A stretch of DNA of 64,000 bases from Patescibacteria group bacterium (GCA_038065055.1 JBBTRT010000004.1:13677-77676), one strand, 5' to 3'; positions 21,359-31,761 are shown, counted from the first letter of the stretch. Translations and numbers: made by a program. Notes: generated by a model from the sequence alone, not told the origin.

Positions 21359-21981
21359 ATTTATTTACTCCAACCGGCCTGAAAAAAGAACCCTTAGCGG
21401 TTTCTAAGGCGATTTTCGGCGTTAAAATTAACAGTTCGCTTTTAGCCCAGGCGATCCGGGTGTATTTATCCAATCAGCGTTCCGGTTCCGCCCAATCTAA
21501 AACCCGCAACGAAATTAACGTGACTCACGCCAAAGTTTGGAAGCAAAAAGGCACCGGCCGCGCCCGCCATGGCAGCCGCAACGCCCCGATTTTTGTCGGC
21601 GGCGCCAAAGCTCACGGCCCCAGCGGCGAACAAAATTACCGCCTCAAACTCTCCAAACCCCTGGTCCGCCTAAGCATTTTAACGGCCCTTTCCAAACAAT
21701 TTAAAGCCGAAAATATTATTGCTGTTTCCGGCTTGGAAAAACTGGACCCGAAAACCAAAGTTTTTAACGCGGCTTTTCAAAAATTAACTCCTAATCCAAA
21801 AAAAGTCCTGTTAATTACCGATAAACCCTTAGCTAAAATTTCTCAAGGGACCCGTAACTTGCCTTATTTAGCTGCCTCGTTAGCCGTCGGCATCAACGCT
21901 TATCAAATCTTAACTAGCCGGAAAATTATTTTTACCCCTGAAGCCGTCAAGGCTTTAGAGGCCCAATATGCCCATAACTGA
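21346..21981 (+). CDS. rplD: 50S ribosomal protein L4
   Basis: L4 family, conserved position. Confidence 0.9.
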   Translation: MFKLNLFTPTGLKKEPLAVSKAIFGVKINSSLLAQAIRVYLSNQRSGSAQSKTRNEINVTHAKVWKQKGTGRARHGSRNAPIFVGGAKAHGPSGEQNYRLKLSKPLVRLSILTALSKQFKAENIIAVSGLEKLDPKTKVFNAAFQKLTPNPKKVLLITDKPLAKISQGTRNLPYLAASLAVGINAYQILTSRKIIFTPEAVKALEAQYAHN

Positions 21982-22297
21982 TCTATTAACTCCCATTATC
22001 ACCGAAAAATCCTTGCGCTTGGCCGCCAGCGGTAAGTTTAGTTTTTATGTCACCCGTCAAGCCACCAAGACCGGCCTTAAACCGGCCCTGGAAACTATGT
22101 TTAAAGTCAATGTGGTTAAAATTAACATTGTCTCTTTGCCGGCCAAAACCCGCCATTCCGGCAAAAGACGCTTGGCCTCTGTCGGTAATTGGCGCAAAAA
22201 AGCCGTTGTCACTTTAAAACCCGGTCAAACGATAGGATATTTCTCGGTCAAAGACCGATCCGCCTCTGGTGGAAAGTTACCCGAGGCAAAAAAATAA
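21968..22297 (+). CDS. rplW: 50S ribosomal protein L23
   Basis: L23 family. Stop overlaps the rplB ATG (TAATG). Confidence 0.9.
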   Translation: MPITDLLTPIITEKSLRLAASGKFSFYVTRQATKTGLKPALETMFKVNVVKINIVSLPAKTRHSGKRRLASVGNWRKKAVVTLKPGQTIGYFSVKDRSASGGKLPEAKK

Positions 22298-23121
22298 TGG
22301 CTATCAAACGTTTTAAACCCACTACTCCCGGCCGCCGCCATCGTCAGGATGTTATTTTTTCTGATTTAACCCGCCGCGGTCCGGAAAAAACTTTAATTCG
22401 GAAATTAAACCGCACTGCCGGCCGCAATAATACCGGTAAAATCACTGTCCGCCATCACGGCGGCGGCCACAAACAGCTTTATCGTGTCATTGATTTCAAG
22501 CGCAACCTGGTGGATGTTCCGGCCCGCGTCGACTCAATTGAATATGATCCCAACCGCACCGCCAACATTGCTCTCTTGCACTATCAAAACGGCGCCAAGG
22601 CTTATATTTTGGCCCCGCAAGGCTTAGCTGTCGGCACCACTGTTATTTCTTCCGCTACCGCCCAAATCCGCCCCGGTAACGCCTTAACTTTAGCTAATAT
22701 CCCGGTCGGCACTTTAATCCATAATCTTGAGCTCAAGCCCGGCAAAGGCGGCCAATTGGTCCGTTCTGCCGGTACTGCCGCCATGCTTCAAAGCAAAGAC
22801 AAACTGGCGGTCGTTAAATTGCCCTCCGGCCAGGTGCGGCAAATTCCCTTGAGTTGTTATGCTACAATTGGCGAAGTCGGCAACCCTGATGTTAAAAACA
22901 TTAAGTTAGGTAAAGCGGGCCGGAAGCGCCACATGGGGATTCGTCCCACTGTCCGCGGCGTTGCCCAGAATCCCAGTTCTCACCCTCACGGCGGCGGGGA
23001 AGGCCGCAGCGGCATTGGCCGTAGCTCACCGATGAGTCCTTGGGGTAAAAAGACTTTGGGGAAGCGGACTCGCCGCAAGAAAAAATATTCTAATCAATAT
23101 ATTATTTCGAGGTCTAGCTAA
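22297..23121 (+). CDS. rplB: 50S ribosomal protein L2
   Basis: [15 protein letters not shown] start and conserved GGGHKQLYR core. Start moved to the internal ATG. Confidence 0.95.
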   Translation: MAIKRFKPTTPGRRHRQDVIFSDLTRRGPEKTLIRKLNRTAGRNNTGKITVRHHGGGHKQLYRVIDFKRNLVDVPARVDSIEYDPNRTANIALLHYQNGAKAYILAPQGLAVGTTVISSATAQIRPGNALTLANIPVGTLIHNLELKPGKGGQLVRSAGTAAMLQSKDKLAVVKLPSGQVRQIPLSCYATIGEVGNPDVKNIKLGKAGRKRHMGIRPTVRGVAQNPSSHPHGGGEGRSGIGRSSPMSPWGKKTLGKRTRRKKKYSNQYIISRSS

Positions 23122-23123
23122 AT

Positions 23124-23405
23124 ATGAGAAGCAGTAAAAAAGGGCCCTATGTGGACCCAAAATTATTAACCAAAATTGCCAAGCAAAAAGAGCTGGGTAA
23201 AAAAGAGCCGATTAAAACCTGGTCCCGCGCCTGTCAAATCGCCCCGGAATTTGTGGGTTACACTTTTCAGGTCCATAACGGCAAAAAATTTATCGATGTC
23301 TTTATCAATGAAGCCATGGTTGGCCATCGCTTAGGCGAGTTTTCTCCTACCCGGACCTTTAGGGGCCACGGCAAGATGGTCAAGCGCTTGGCTACCAAAA
23401 CTTAA
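23124..23405 (+). CDS. rpsS: 30S ribosomal protein S19
   Basis: KKGPYVD...HNGKKF signature. Confidence 0.95.
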   Translation: MRSSKKGPYVDPKLLTKIAKQKELGKKEPIKTWSRACQIAPEFVGYTFQVHNGKKFIDVFINEAMVGHRLGEFSPTRTFRGHGKMVKRLATKT

Positions 23406-23410
23406 AAATT

Positions 23411-23773
23411 ATGCAAATTAACGCTCAAAGCAAATACTTGCACCACAGCCCCAGGAAAATGCGCCTGGTGGCAAATTTAATTCGCCCCTTGCCGATTGAG
23501 GCCGCAATGCTTGCTTTAAAAAACTTGCGTTCCCGGGCGGCTCAGCCGGTTCTTAAAGTCTTAACTCAAGCCGTTGCCAATGCCGTTAATAACTTTAATT
23601 TAGCCAAAAATTCCCTCAAAATTCAATCCATCGAAGTTAATCCCGGCCCGACGGCTAAGCGCTGGCAGCCGGTTTCCCGCGGCCGCGCCCACTCAGTTAT
23701 GAAGCGCACCAGCCACATTAAAATTATCCTGGAAAATAAAGAGGAGTCCCATGGGCCAAAAAGTAAATCCTAA
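23411..23773 (+). CDS. rplV: 50S ribosomal protein L22
   Basis: L22 family. Confidence 0.9.
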   Translation: MQINAQSKYLHHSPRKMRLVANLIRPLPIEAAMLALKNLRSRAAQPVLKVLTQAVANAVNNFNLAKNSLKIQSIEVNPGPTAKRWQPVSRGRAHSVMKRTSHIKIILENKEESHGPKSKS

Positions 23774-24428
23774 AAGTTTCCGCATCGGCACTATTTTCTC
23801 CTGGGCCTCTAATTGGTATGCCGAAAAAAGAAACTACCAGGATTTTTTACTGGAGGATATTAAGCTGCGCCGTTTTCTCTTAGGTCATCTGGCCATGGCC
23901 GGGATTACCGATGTTCAAATTGACCGTTCGATTAACACCGTTAACCTGACATTGCGCGTTGCCCGTCCCGGCGTGGTAATTGGCCGCGGCGGTTCCGGTT
24001 TGGAAGAATTGAAAAAAATTATCGCTCAAAAACTCAAACCTATTTCCAAAAACGGCAAGAGTTTGCCTGCCGGTAGGCAGGCCCCTAAATTTGAACTCAA
24101 TGTTGTTGAAGTTAAAAACCCGGATTTATCCGCCCGCTTAATTGGTTTAAGGTTGGCTGACCAAATGTTGCGGCGCTATCCTCACCGCCGGGCGATTGCT
24201 CAGGCTTTGGAAAAAGCCACCAGCGCCGGCGCCAAAGGAGTTAAAATTTGCGTTTCCGGCCGGGTCGGCGGCGCGGAAATTGCCCGCACGGAAAAATACA
24301 CTCATGGCAGCGTGCCTTTAAGCACCATTCGGGCTAAAATTGACTACTTCGAACAGCCGGCTTTTACCAAATACGGTTACGTCGGTATTAAAGTCTGGGT
24401 CTACACAGGAGAAGAGGAGATTAAATAA
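23751..24428 (+). CDS. rpsC: 30S ribosomal protein S3
   Basis: MGQKVNPKSFRIG start, KH domain. Confidence 0.95.
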   Translation: MGQKVNPKSFRIGTIFSWASNWYAEKRNYQDFLLEDIKLRRFLLGHLAMAGITDVQIDRSINTVNLTLRVARPGVVIGRGGSGLEELKKIIAQKLKPISKNGKSLPAGRQAPKFELNVVEVKNPDLSARLIGLRLADQMLRRYPHRRAIAQALEKATSAGAKGVKICVSGRVGGAEIARTEKYTHGSVPLSTIRAKIDYFEQPAFTKYGYVGIKVWVYTGEEEIK

Positions 24429-24838
24429 TGCTGCAGCCTAAGCGCCAAAAATACCGCAAACAATTTCACGGTTCCATGAAAGGCATGGCCACTGCCGGCT
24501 GCCGCTTGTCTTTTGGCGAATTTGGCTTAAAATCCTTAACTTGCGGCTGGCTGACTGCCCGCCAGATTGAAGCCGCCCGTAAAACCATTTCTCATAAAAC
24601 CAAACGCGTCGGCAAGCTCTGGATCCGGGTTTTCCCGGACAAACCCTACACTAAAAAAGGCGCGGGCGTTCGCATGGGCGGCGGCAAAGGCGAAATTGAA
24701 GGTTATGTCTGCGTGGTCAAACCCGGCCGGATGCTCTTTGAACTCGCCGGCGTCACCCCAGAAATCGCCCGGTCAGCCTTTACTTTAGCCACCCGCAAAC
24801 TGCCCTTTACCACTAAATTTATCGAACGCCAAATATGA
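24428..24838 (+). CDS. rplP: 50S ribosomal protein L16
   Basis: MLQPKRQKYRKQF start. Confidence 0.95.
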   Translation: MLQPKRQKYRKQFHGSMKGMATAGCRLSFGEFGLKSLTCGWLTARQIEAARKTISHKTKRVGKLWIRVFPDKPYTKKGAGVRMGGGKGEIEGYVCVVKPGRMLFELAGVTPEIARSAFTLATRKLPFTTKFIERQI

Positions 24839-24981
24839 ACCAAGATTTAATTAAACTTCAAGCCGAGCTAACCAAGCTCAAGCTAGATTTAACCACTAAC
24901 CAATTAAAAAATACCAGCTTATTAAAGAAAAAGCGGGCCGAAATTGCCCGCCTGAAATCCGCCTCTGGCGGAAAAAAATAA
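24835..24981 (+). CDS. rpmC: 50S ribosomal protein L29 (short, 48 aa; absent from the ORF track)
   Basis: Hand-translated MNQDLIKLQAELTKLKLDLTTNQLKNTSLLKKKRAEIARLKSASGGKK. ATG overlaps the rplP stop and lies in the conserved slot before rpsQ. Confidence 0.8.
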   Translation: MNQDLIKLQAELTKLKLDLTTNQLKNTSLLKKKRAEIARLKSASGGKK

Positions 24982-24984
24982 CTT

Positions 24985-25209
24985 ATGAAACAACTTACCG
25001 GTAAAGTTATTACTAGCTCAACCCCTCAGGCCGCGACCGTGGAAATTGTCCGGCGCTGGGCCCATCCGGTGTATAAAAAAACCATTACCCGCCGCAAAAA
25101 ATACTTAACTCACTGCTTAATTAAAGTGGTTCCCGGCGACAAAGTTATTATTCAGGAATGCAAACCTATCAGCAAAAGAAAACGCTGGCAGTTAATTAAA
25201 AAAATATGA
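24985..25209 (+). CDS. rpsQ: 30S ribosomal protein S17
   Basis: S17 family. Confidence 0.9.
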   Translation: MKQLTGKVITSSTPQAATVEIVRRWAHPVYKKTITRRKKYLTHCLIKVVPGDKVIIQECKPISKRKRWQLIKKI

Positions 25210-25580
25210 TTCAGATAAGATCAATTTTAAAAGTCGCTGATAATTCCGGAGCTAAAAAAATCCGGGTAATTTTGGTGCATGGCGGGTCTAAGCGGCGTTT
25301 TGGCTACATTGGCGATTTGGTCACGTGCTCAATTATTCAGGCCCAGCCGCACGCCGCGGTTAACGTCGGTGAAATCGTTAAAGCCGTTGTCGTCCGCGCC
25401 CGCAAAGAAACCCGCCGAAGTGACGGCTCCTATATCCGTTTTGACGATAACGCCGCTGTCCTCCTGGAAAATGTGGAGAATAAAGAACCCAAGGCCACCC
25501 GTATTTTTGGCCCGATTGCCCGGGAAGTGAAAAATCTTGGCTATAATAAAATTGCTTCATTGGCCCCGGAGGTTTTATAA
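25206..25580 (+). CDS. rplN: 50S ribosomal protein L14
   Basis: [18 protein letters not shown] start. Confidence 0.95.
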   Translation: MIQIRSILKVADNSGAKKIRVILVHGGSKRRFGYIGDLVTCSIIQAQPHAAVNVGEIVKAVVVRARKETRRSDGSYIRFDDNAAVLLENVENKEPKATRIFGPIAREVKNLGYNKIASLAPEVL

Positions 25581-25581
25581 T

Positions 25582-25887
25582 ATGAAACTTAAAAAAGGCG
25601 ATCAGGTCAAAGTCATGCTCGGTAAAGACCGGGGTAAATTAGGCAAAGTTGAAGCCGTGTTTCCCCGGGACAATAGCGTGGTGGTTACCGGCGTTAATAT
25701 GTATAAAAAACACGTTAAAAAACAGGGCCAGGATAAGCCCGGCGGGATTATTGATTTAACCAAGCCGTTAAATGTCGCCAAAGTGGCTTTAATTTGTCCC
25801 CAGTGCCACTTAATCACCCGCATCGGTTTTTCCGGTGTTGGCCCTAAGAAAGTTAGAATTTGTAAAAAATGCCGGAAACCCTTATGA
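25582..25887 (+). CDS. rplX: 50S ribosomal protein L24 with C-terminal four-Cys zinc ribbon
   Basis: KOW motif KKGDQVKVMLGKDRGKLGKV, then C-terminal CPQC...CKKC. Start moved to the ATG at 25582. Confidence 0.9.
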   Translation: MKLKKGDQVKVMLGKDRGKLGKVEAVFPRDNSVVVTGVNMYKKHVKKQGQDKPGGIIDLTKPLNVAKVALICPQCHLITRIGFSGVGPKKVRICKKCRKPL

Positions 25888-26423
25888 ACCGCTTAAAAGA
25901 AAAATATTTAAATCAAGTTTTGCCGGCCTTAATGAAAGAATTGGGTTTTACCAATATTTTAGCCGTGCCCAAAATTACTAAAATTGTCTTAAATATCGGC
26001 ATCAAAGAAGGCGCCGGCGATAAAGGCGTGGCCAAGAAAATTCAGGAATACTTTAGCTTGATTGCCGGCCAAAAAGCGATTCTGACAAGGGCCAGAAAAG
26101 CCGAAGCCGCTTTTAAAATCCGCGAAAACGATATTATCGGTGTTAAAGCGACCCTAAGAGGGGAAAGAATGTACGTTTTCCTGGATAAATTAATTGCCAT
26201 TGTTTTGCCCCAGGTGCGTGATTTTCAGGGAGTCAGCCGGACCGGTTTTGACGGCCGCGGCAATTATTCCTTAGGTTTTCCCGAACAGATTATCTTTCCC
26301 GAAGTCGACTATGATAAAATCGACTCGGTTCGCGGTTTGCAGTTTACCATTGTCACTACCGCCAAAACTAACCAGCAAGCCCTCAGGCTCCTGGAATTAT
26401 TAGGTATGCCTTTCACAAAATAA
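25884..26423 (+). CDS. rplE: 50S ribosomal protein L5
   Basis: L5 family. ATGA overlap with the rplX stop. Confidence 0.9.
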   Translation: MNRLKEKYLNQVLPALMKELGFTNILAVPKITKIVLNIGIKEGAGDKGVAKKIQEYFSLIAGQKAILTRARKAEAAFKIRENDIIGVKATLRGERMYVFLDKLIAIVLPQVRDFQGVSRTGFDGRGNYSLGFPEQIIFPEVDYDKIDSVRGLQFTIVTTAKTNQQALRLLELLGMPFTK

Positions 26424-26424
26424 T

Positions 26425-26610
26425 ATGGCCAAAGTTAAATTTTTTGCCAAACAAGCCAAAAAGCCGAAATTTGTCACCCGGTTTCGTAATCGCTGTAAGC
26501 TGTGCGGCCGCCCCCGGGCTTATATCCGCCATTTTGGTTTATGCCGTTTATGTTTTAGAAAATTAGCTCATCAGGGTGAATTGCCCGGAGTGACGAAAGC
26601 GAGTTGGTAA
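26425..26610 (+). CDS. rpsN: 30S ribosomal protein S14, type Z (zinc-binding)
   Basis: 61 aa; CKLCGR...CRLCFR. Confidence 0.95.
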   Translation: MAKVKFFAKQAKKPKFVTRFRNRCKLCGRPRAYIRHFGLCRLCFRKLAHQGELPGVTKASW

Positions 26611-26615
26611 CTTTT

Positions 26616-27008
26616 ATGACTACTGATCCGATTGCCGATTTATTGGTCCAGCTTAAAAATGCCCAAATGGTTAAAAAAACTAAGGTGGTTTTGCCTTATT
26701 CTCAGATTAAGGCCGCTATTCTTAAAATTTTGCTCGCGGAAAAATTAGTTGCCTCATTTAAAATCATCGCTGTTAAACCTCATAAAAATTTGGAGATTGT
26801 TCTGAAATATTCCGGTTTTGTGCCGGCGATTACGGCTTTTAAGCGCCTTTCCAAGCCCGGCGCCCGGGTTTATTCAGGGGTGGATAAGCTTAACCGTTAT
26901 TTGCGCGGCCGCGGTCTAACCATTATTTCCACCTCTAAAGGTTTGCTGACTGCCCGAGAAGCCAAAAAATTAAAAATCAGCGGAGAGGTTTTATTCCGCA
27001 TCAATTAA
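26616..27008 (+). CDS. rpsH: 30S ribosomal protein S8
   Basis: MTTDPIADLLVQLKNA start. Confidence 0.9.
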   Translation: MTTDPIADLLVQLKNAQMVKKTKVVLPYSQIKAAILKILLAEKLVASFKIIAVKPHKNLEIVLKYSGFVPAITAFKRLSKPGARVYSGVDKLNRYLRGRGLTIISTSKGLLTAREAKKLKISGEVLFRIN

Positions 27009-27011
27009 ATT

Positions 27012-27560
27012 ATGTCCAGAATCGGTAAACAACCCATTATTATTCCTGCCAATGTTACGGTTGATTTGACGCCAGATCAGGTGGTAGTTAAATCCGGCTC
27101 CTTGGAATTAAAGCAGTCTCTTCCGGCTGGCGTCACCGTTAAAATTGTCGAAGGCAAAGTTCAGGTTAGCCCTGATAATGACTCCCGGCCGGTAAAAGCT
27201 CTGCACGGTCTCGTCAGAAGCTTAATTGCCAACATGGTCACCGGCGTGACTACCGGCTACGCCAAAACCCTGGAAATTCAGGGTACTGGTTATCGGGCGG
27301 TGCCCAAAGGCGAAGGCCTTGAATTTTCTCTGGGTTACTCACACACCATCTTGTTTAATCCTCCCCCGGGAATTAAATTAGAGCTGCAGGAAAATAAATA
27401 TATTGTCATTACCGGCGCCGATAAATACCTGGTCGGTCAAGTTGCCGCCAATATCCGCGATCTACGCCAGCCCGATCCCTACAAAGGCAAAGGCATCCGC
27501 TATAAAGGCGAAGTAATTAAATTAAAACCCGGTAAAGCCGCCAAGGCCGCCGCCGCTTAA
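27012..27560 (+). CDS. rplF: 50S ribosomal protein L6
   Basis: L6 family. Confidence 0.9.
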   Translation: MSRIGKQPIIIPANVTVDLTPDQVVVKSGSLELKQSLPAGVTVKIVEGKVQVSPDNDSRPVKALHGLVRSLIANMVTGVTTGYAKTLEIQGTGYRAVPKGEGLEFSLGYSHTILFNPPPGIKLELQENKYIVITGADKYLVGQVAANIRDLRQPDPYKGKGIRYKGEVIKLKPGKAAKAAAA

Positions 27561-27563
27561 AAT

Positions 27564-27881
27564 ATGATCAAAAGATATTCTCATCCTTATCAAAAACGCG
27601 CCCTCATGGTTCACCGCCATACCCGGGGCACTGATTCCCGGCCGCGCCTGACTGTTTTCCGGTCTTTAAAGCACATTTATGCTCAAATTATCAATGACCA
27701 GGTGGGTAAAACCCTAGCCGCCGCTTCCGGCACCGATGCCGCCGCTGTCGGTAAAGATTTAGCCGCTTTGGCCCTAACTAAGAAAATTAGCGCGGTGGTT
27801 TTTGACCGCGGCCGCTATCAGTATCATGGCCGGGTTAAGGCTTTAGCCGAAGCCGCCCGCCAGGGAGGATTAAAGTTTTAA
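27564..27881 (+). CDS. rplR: 50S ribosomal protein L18
   Basis: L18 family. Confidence 0.9.
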   Translation: MIKRYSHPYQKRALMVHRHTRGTDSRPRLTVFRSLKHIYAQIINDQVGKTLAAASGTDAAAVGKDLAALALTKKISAVVFDRGRYQYHGRVKALAEAARQGGLKF

Positions 27882-27882
27882 T

Positions 27883-28359
27883 ATGCCCAGATTCAATCAT
27901 CAGCAATCGGGAGATAAAGAATTTTCCGAAAAAGTAATTCAGGTTAACCGGGTTTCCAAAAAAACCAAAGGCGGCAACCAATTTGGCTTTTCCGTTTTAA
28001 TGGTTGTGGGTGACAAAAAAGGCCGGGTCGGCGTTGGTTTAGGCAAAGCCCCGGATGTTTTATCTTCCATTCATAAAGGCGTCCGTTTAGCCAAGAAAAA
28101 TATGTTTACCGTCGTTATGAATAAAACCACTATTCCTCATGATATCAAGGTTAAATTCGGCGCGGCCGTGGTTTTGTTAAAACCCGCTCCGGCCGGCAGC
28201 GGCGTGATTGCCGGCGGCGCTGTTCGGGCAGTCATGGAAGCGGCCGGAATTAAAGATATTTCCAGCAAAGTCCTTGGCAGCCGCAATAAGGCCAGCAATG
28301 TTTACTGCACCATCAAAGCTCTTAAAATGCTGACGGCTAGAAAGGAAACTCATGCCTAA
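27883..28359 (+). CDS. rpsE: 30S ribosomal protein S5
   Basis: S5 family; no rpmD (L30) follows. Confidence 0.9.
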   Translation: MPRFNHQQSGDKEFSEKVIQVNRVSKKTKGGNQFGFSVLMVVGDKKGRVGVGLGKAPDVLSSIHKGVRLAKKNMFTVVMNKTTIPHDIKVKFGAAVVLLKPAPAGSGVIAGGAVRAVMEAAGIKDISSKVLGSRNKASNVYCTIKALKMLTARKETHA

Positions 28360-28741
28360 AAAAAGACTTGGTCGGGGTTATGGTTCCGGCAAAGGCGGTC
28401 ACACCTCCAGCCGCGGCCAAAAAGGCCAAAATTCAAGAAGCAAGCGGCCATTGTATTTTGAAGGTACGCCGATGCGCAAAAGTTTAATCCGCCGCATGCC
28501 CATGTTGCGCGGCAAATTAAGGTTTAAATCCCGCCAGGATAAGCCGCTTATTTTAAATCTCAAAGATTTAGCCGGCTGGCCGGTTAAAGAGGTAGTTTCC
28601 GTGGACAATTTAATTAAATTTGGACGTTTGCCCAAAGAGGCTAAGCTTTACGGCGTTAAACTCTTAGGCGAAGGCAAGCTGGAAGCCAAATTAAAAGTTG
28701 ACCTGCCTATGTCTAAATCAGTCGCCAAAAAATTAACCTAA
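28352..28741 (+). CDS. rplO: 50S ribosomal protein L15
   Basis: [26 protein letters not shown] start. Confidence 0.9.
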   Translation: MPKKRLGRGYGSGKGGHTSSRGQKGQNSRSKRPLYFEGTPMRKSLIRRMPMLRGKLRFKSRQDKPLILNLKDLAGWPVKEVVSVDNLIKFGRLPKEAKLYGVKLLGEGKLEAKLKVDLPMSKSVAKKLT

Positions 28742-30028
28742 ATGCCCAACTTTTTAACGCCTTTAATTAACGCCTTTAAGATTAAAGATCTCAGGCAGAA
28801 ACTGCTTTTTACTTTATTAATTTTTGTTGTTTTTCGCTTTTTGGCTTACATTCCGGTGCCGGGCGTCGACTTAAACGCCATGCGCCAGTTATTCAGCGGT
28901 AACCAAATTCTCGGGATGCTGGACATGTTCTCCGGCGGCACCTTGGCTAATTTTTCCATCCTGGCCCTGGGCCTTGGCCCTTACATCAATGCCTCGATTG
29001 TGCTGCAGCTGGCCACGATTATTTTCCCCAAGCTCGAAGCCTTAAGTAAAGAAGGCGAGTATGGCCGGGAACAAATCAATCAGTACACCCGCCTCTTATC
29101 CATTCCTTTATCTGCCCTTCAGGCAATCGGCATGGTTTTGCTTTTAAAAAACCAGCAGATTTTAACTTTTAACTCTCCCTTGGATGTCGTTAACGTCGTT
29201 ATTACCATGATTGCCGGCTCGGTTATTTTAATGTGGCTGGGTGAATTATTAACCGAGTACGGCATCGGTAACGGCATCTCGGTCTTAATTTTTGCCGGCA
29301 TCGTCGGCCGCTTGCCCGTGACTTTGCTCCAAACCGGCTCTATCAGCCAAACTTTAAGCCTGACCAATATGCTCTTTTTCGGCATTTTAGGCCTGGTCGT
29401 GATTGCCGGGATTGTTTTTGTTAACGAAGCCACCCGGCAGATTCCCGTCCGTTATGCCCGCCGTATCAGAAGCAATACTAGCGGTAGCCAAACCACCCAC
29501 TTGCCCTTGCGCGTCAACCAGGCTGGCGTTATCCCGATTATTTTTGCGGTTTCTTTAGTGGTTATGCCTTCGGTTGTTGGTAATTATTTATTGCAATCCA
29601 AATTGCCCCAACTGGTAACTTTTGCCCGTCAGTTGGTCAACATTTTTGACCCCAACCGCTGGCCTTACCATCTGATTTATTTCTTATTGGTCATCGGTTT
29701 CACTTATTTTTACACTGCCGTCACCTTTAACCCCGATAAAATCAGCGACGAAATCAAAAAATACGGCGGCTTTATTCCCGGCATCCGTCCCGGCCGCTCC
29801 ACTGCTGACTATCTTTCTTTTGTCTTGAACCGGATTACCCTGGTTGGCGCGGTCTTTTTGGGGTTAGTGGCGATTTTGCCTTCTTTGGCCAGTTACGGCA
29901 CCGGCATTTCCACTATGACTATCGGCGGCACCGGAATATTAATCGTGGTTTCGGTAGTTTTGGAAATCAGCAAAAGTCTGGAATCGCAATTAATTATGCA
30001 TAATTACGAGGGTTTCCTCAAGGAGTAA
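28742..30028 (+). CDS. secY: Preprotein translocase subunit SecY
   Basis: 428 aa, 10 TM. Conserved SecY blocks ([11 protein letters not shown], plug region). Confidence 0.95.
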   Translation: MPNFLTPLINAFKIKDLRQKLLFTLLIFVVFRFLAYIPVPGVDLNAMRQLFSGNQILGMLDMFSGGTLANFSILALGLGPYINASIVLQLATIIFPKLEALSKEGEYGREQINQYTRLLSIPLSALQAIGMVLLLKNQQILTFNSPLDVVNVVITMIAGSVILMWLGELLTEYGIGNGISVLIFAGIVGRLPVTLLQTGSISQTLSLTNMLFFGILGLVVIAGIVFVNEATRQIPVRYARRIRSNTSGSQTTHLPLRVNQAGVIPIIFAVSLVVMPSVVGNYLLQSKLPQLVTFARQLVNIFDPNRWPYHLIYFLLVIGFTYFYTAVTFNPDKISDEIKKYGGFIPGIRPGRSTADYLSFVLNRITLVGAVFLGLVAILPSLASYGTGISTMTIGGTGILIVVSVVLEISKSLESQLIMHNYEGFLKE

Positions 30029-30046
30029 CCCCCAAAGGGGGCAAGT

Positions 30047-30619
30047 ATGTTTATAATCTTCTACGGCCCCGAGGGGTCCGGCAAAAGCACTCAAGCCAAA
30101 TTATTAGCCGAAAAATTGAAATTGCCCCACTTAGTCTCCGGCGATTTAGTCCGTTATTATGCCGGTAAAGACAAGGGGATTATGGGCGATATCTGCCGCG
30201 AAGCCTTAAAATTAGGCCATTATGTGGCTGACTCGGAAATGTTTGTGCTCTGGAAAGTCCGCCTCAAGGAACCCGATGCCGCCAACGGTTTTGTCATCGA
30301 CGGTTTTCCCCGCAATCACTCCCAGGCTCTGTTTTTAGACGATAAACTCGAAAAATACGGCCACCAGGTTGATCATGTGTTTTTCCTCGAGGTCAGCGAA
30401 GCCGAATCTGTTAAACGCTTGTTAAAGCGCAGCCGGGTCAATCCTGACGGTTCCTTAAATGACACCGAGGCAAACATTAGCGGCCGGTTAAAGCTTTACC
30501 AGGAGCAGGAAGCCGACGTGTTAAAGTTTTACGAGCAAAAAGGGTTATTGAAAAAAGTTAACGGCGAACAAAGCATTGAGAAAATTCACCAGGATATATG
30601 CCGGTTGTTAAGCCTGTAA
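30047..30619 (+). CDS. adk: Adenylate kinase (short form without Zn lid)
   Basis: P-loop GPEGSGKSTQA, NMP-binding and LID-less architecture, in the conserved position after secY. Confidence 0.8.
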   Translation: MFIIFYGPEGSGKSTQAKLLAEKLKLPHLVSGDLVRYYAGKDKGIMGDICREALKLGHYVADSEMFVLWKVRLKEPDAANGFVIDGFPRNHSQALFLDDKLEKYGHQVDHVFFLEVSEAESVKRLLKRSRVNPDGSLNDTEANISGRLKLYQEQEADVLKFYEQKGLLKKVNGEQSIEKIHQDICRLLSL

Positions 30620-31170
30620 TTATTGCCGTCGTTGGCATGGCCGGTTCCGGCAAGTCCGTTGTCTCTGATTATTTAAAATCCAAAGGCTATCCTGTCCTTA
30701 GGTTTGGCGACGTCACCGACGAGGGTCTCCGCCTGCAAGGTGAGACCCTGCAGGAAGAAAACGAGCGCCTTTACCGGGAAAACTTGCGTCGCGACCTCGG
30801 CATGGCCGCCTATGCTATAAAAATCGAACCCCGCCTTAAGAAGGCCTTACGTTACCACTCCGGAGTGGTAATCTTAGACGGTCTTTACTCCTGGGAAGAA
30901 TATTTGTACCTCAAACCAAAGTTTCCCCAGTTAAAACTCTTGGCGGTTTACACCCAACCGGAATTGCGCCTTCAGCGCCTCTCCAAACGCTCGATTCGCC
31001 CCTTAACCGGTGCTGAAACTGAAGCCCGCGACCAGGCGGAAATCGAAAACCTCCACAAAGCCGGCCCCATCGCCCTCGCCGATTACTTGGTTACCAACAA
31101 CGGTTCTGTTAGTGATCTCCACTCCCAGCTCGACATTTACCTTCAGGGATTATCCCTGCAAGGCCTATAA
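30598..31170 (+). CDS. Second P-loop nucleotide/nucleoside kinase-like protein
   Basis: Walker A GMAGSGKS. About 190 aa. Occupies the slot where map usually sits. Confidence 0.5.
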   Translation: MPVVKPVIIAVVGMAGSGKSVVSDYLKSKGYPVLRFGDVTDEGLRLQGETLQEENERLYRENLRRDLGMAAYAIKIEPRLKKALRYHSGVVILDGLYSWEEYLYLKPKFPQLKLLAVYTQPELRLQRLSKRSIRPLTGAETEARDQAEIENLHKAGPIALADYLVTNNGSVSDLHSQLDIYLQGLSLQGL

Positions 31171-31179
31171 TTTTCCCTA

Positions 31180-31208
31180 TTGACATCTCCAGAGAGAAAG
31201 CCTATTAT
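31180..31208 (+). promoter_or_regulatory. Promoter TTGACA-N17-TATTAT (near-leaderless) for the 31220 ORF
   Basis: Consensus hexamers; -10 ends 11 nt before the ATG at 31220. Confidence 0.45.
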
Positions 31209-31219
31209 CTGGGTTAAAT

Positions 31220-31429
31220 ATGGCACTAAGAGAAACAGTTGAAAACCACACTCTGGTTTTAAAGGCCAATGGTAAAATCCTCAGTATAGAGGCTACTCTG
31301 AGTGAGGCATTAGTCAAGGTGCCAGTGGATGGTTCTGGTTCGACACAACTTCTTACTTTCGGCGACACATATACCGATGCCGCCGGTAATCTTGTCAAGC
31401 ACGGCGTCACTGACGGCCTCACCCATTAA
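31220..31429 (+). CDS. Small hypothetical protein (69 aa)
   Basis: Supported mainly by the strong promoter immediately upstream and the co-directional context. No family recognised. Confidence 0.4.
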   Translation: MALRETVENHTLVLKANGKILSIEATLSEALVKVPVDGSGSTQLLTFGDTYTDAAGNLVKHGVTDGLTH

Positions 31430-31477
31430 TTTCCCCCTTTCCCATATTAAAACATCTGCTATAATCAAACCTATCTA

Positions 31478-31699
31478 ATGGATTCTATTGACAAAATAAC
31501 AGCTGAGGGCGAGGTCATTGAAGCTCTTCCCAACGCTACCTTTAAAGTTAAACTTACTGATTCCGATAAAGTCATTTTCTGTCATTTGGCGGGAAAAATG
31601 CGCCTTTACCGGATTCGGGTTCTTCCCGGCGACCACGTTAAAGTGGAACAGACGCCTTACGACCCCGCCAAGGGCCGTATTGTCTACCGGGATAAATAG
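31478..31699 (+). CDS. infA: Translation initiation factor IF-1
   Basis: S1-like OB fold; [16 protein letters not shown]...GKMR signature. Confidence 0.95.
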   Translation: MDSIDKITAEGEVIEALPNATFKVKLTDSDKVIFCHLAGKMRLYRIRVLPGDHVKVEQTPYDPAKGRIVYRDK

Positions 31700-31720
31700 G
31701 TGTATAATTATTCTCTTAAC

Positions 31721-31761
31721 AAGGAGAAGTTCTGCCTTATGGCTTTCTCCTTGATTTTTTT
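31721..31761 (+). terminator. Hairpin plus T7 run after infA (intrinsic terminator/attenuator)
   Basis: AAGGAGAA-N16-TTCTCCTT stem followed by TTTTTTT. Confidence 0.45.

Noticed and set aside
24567-25560. Alternate-frame ORFs inside rplP and rplN (24567..24788, 25279..25530, 25378..25560-)
   Set aside because: Embedded within conserved ribosomal protein genes.
31177-31422. Minus-strand 81-aa ORF opposite the 31220..31429 ORF
   Set aside because: The plus-strand ORF has a consensus promoter directly upstream and matches the orientation of the operon. The minus ORF has no signals.
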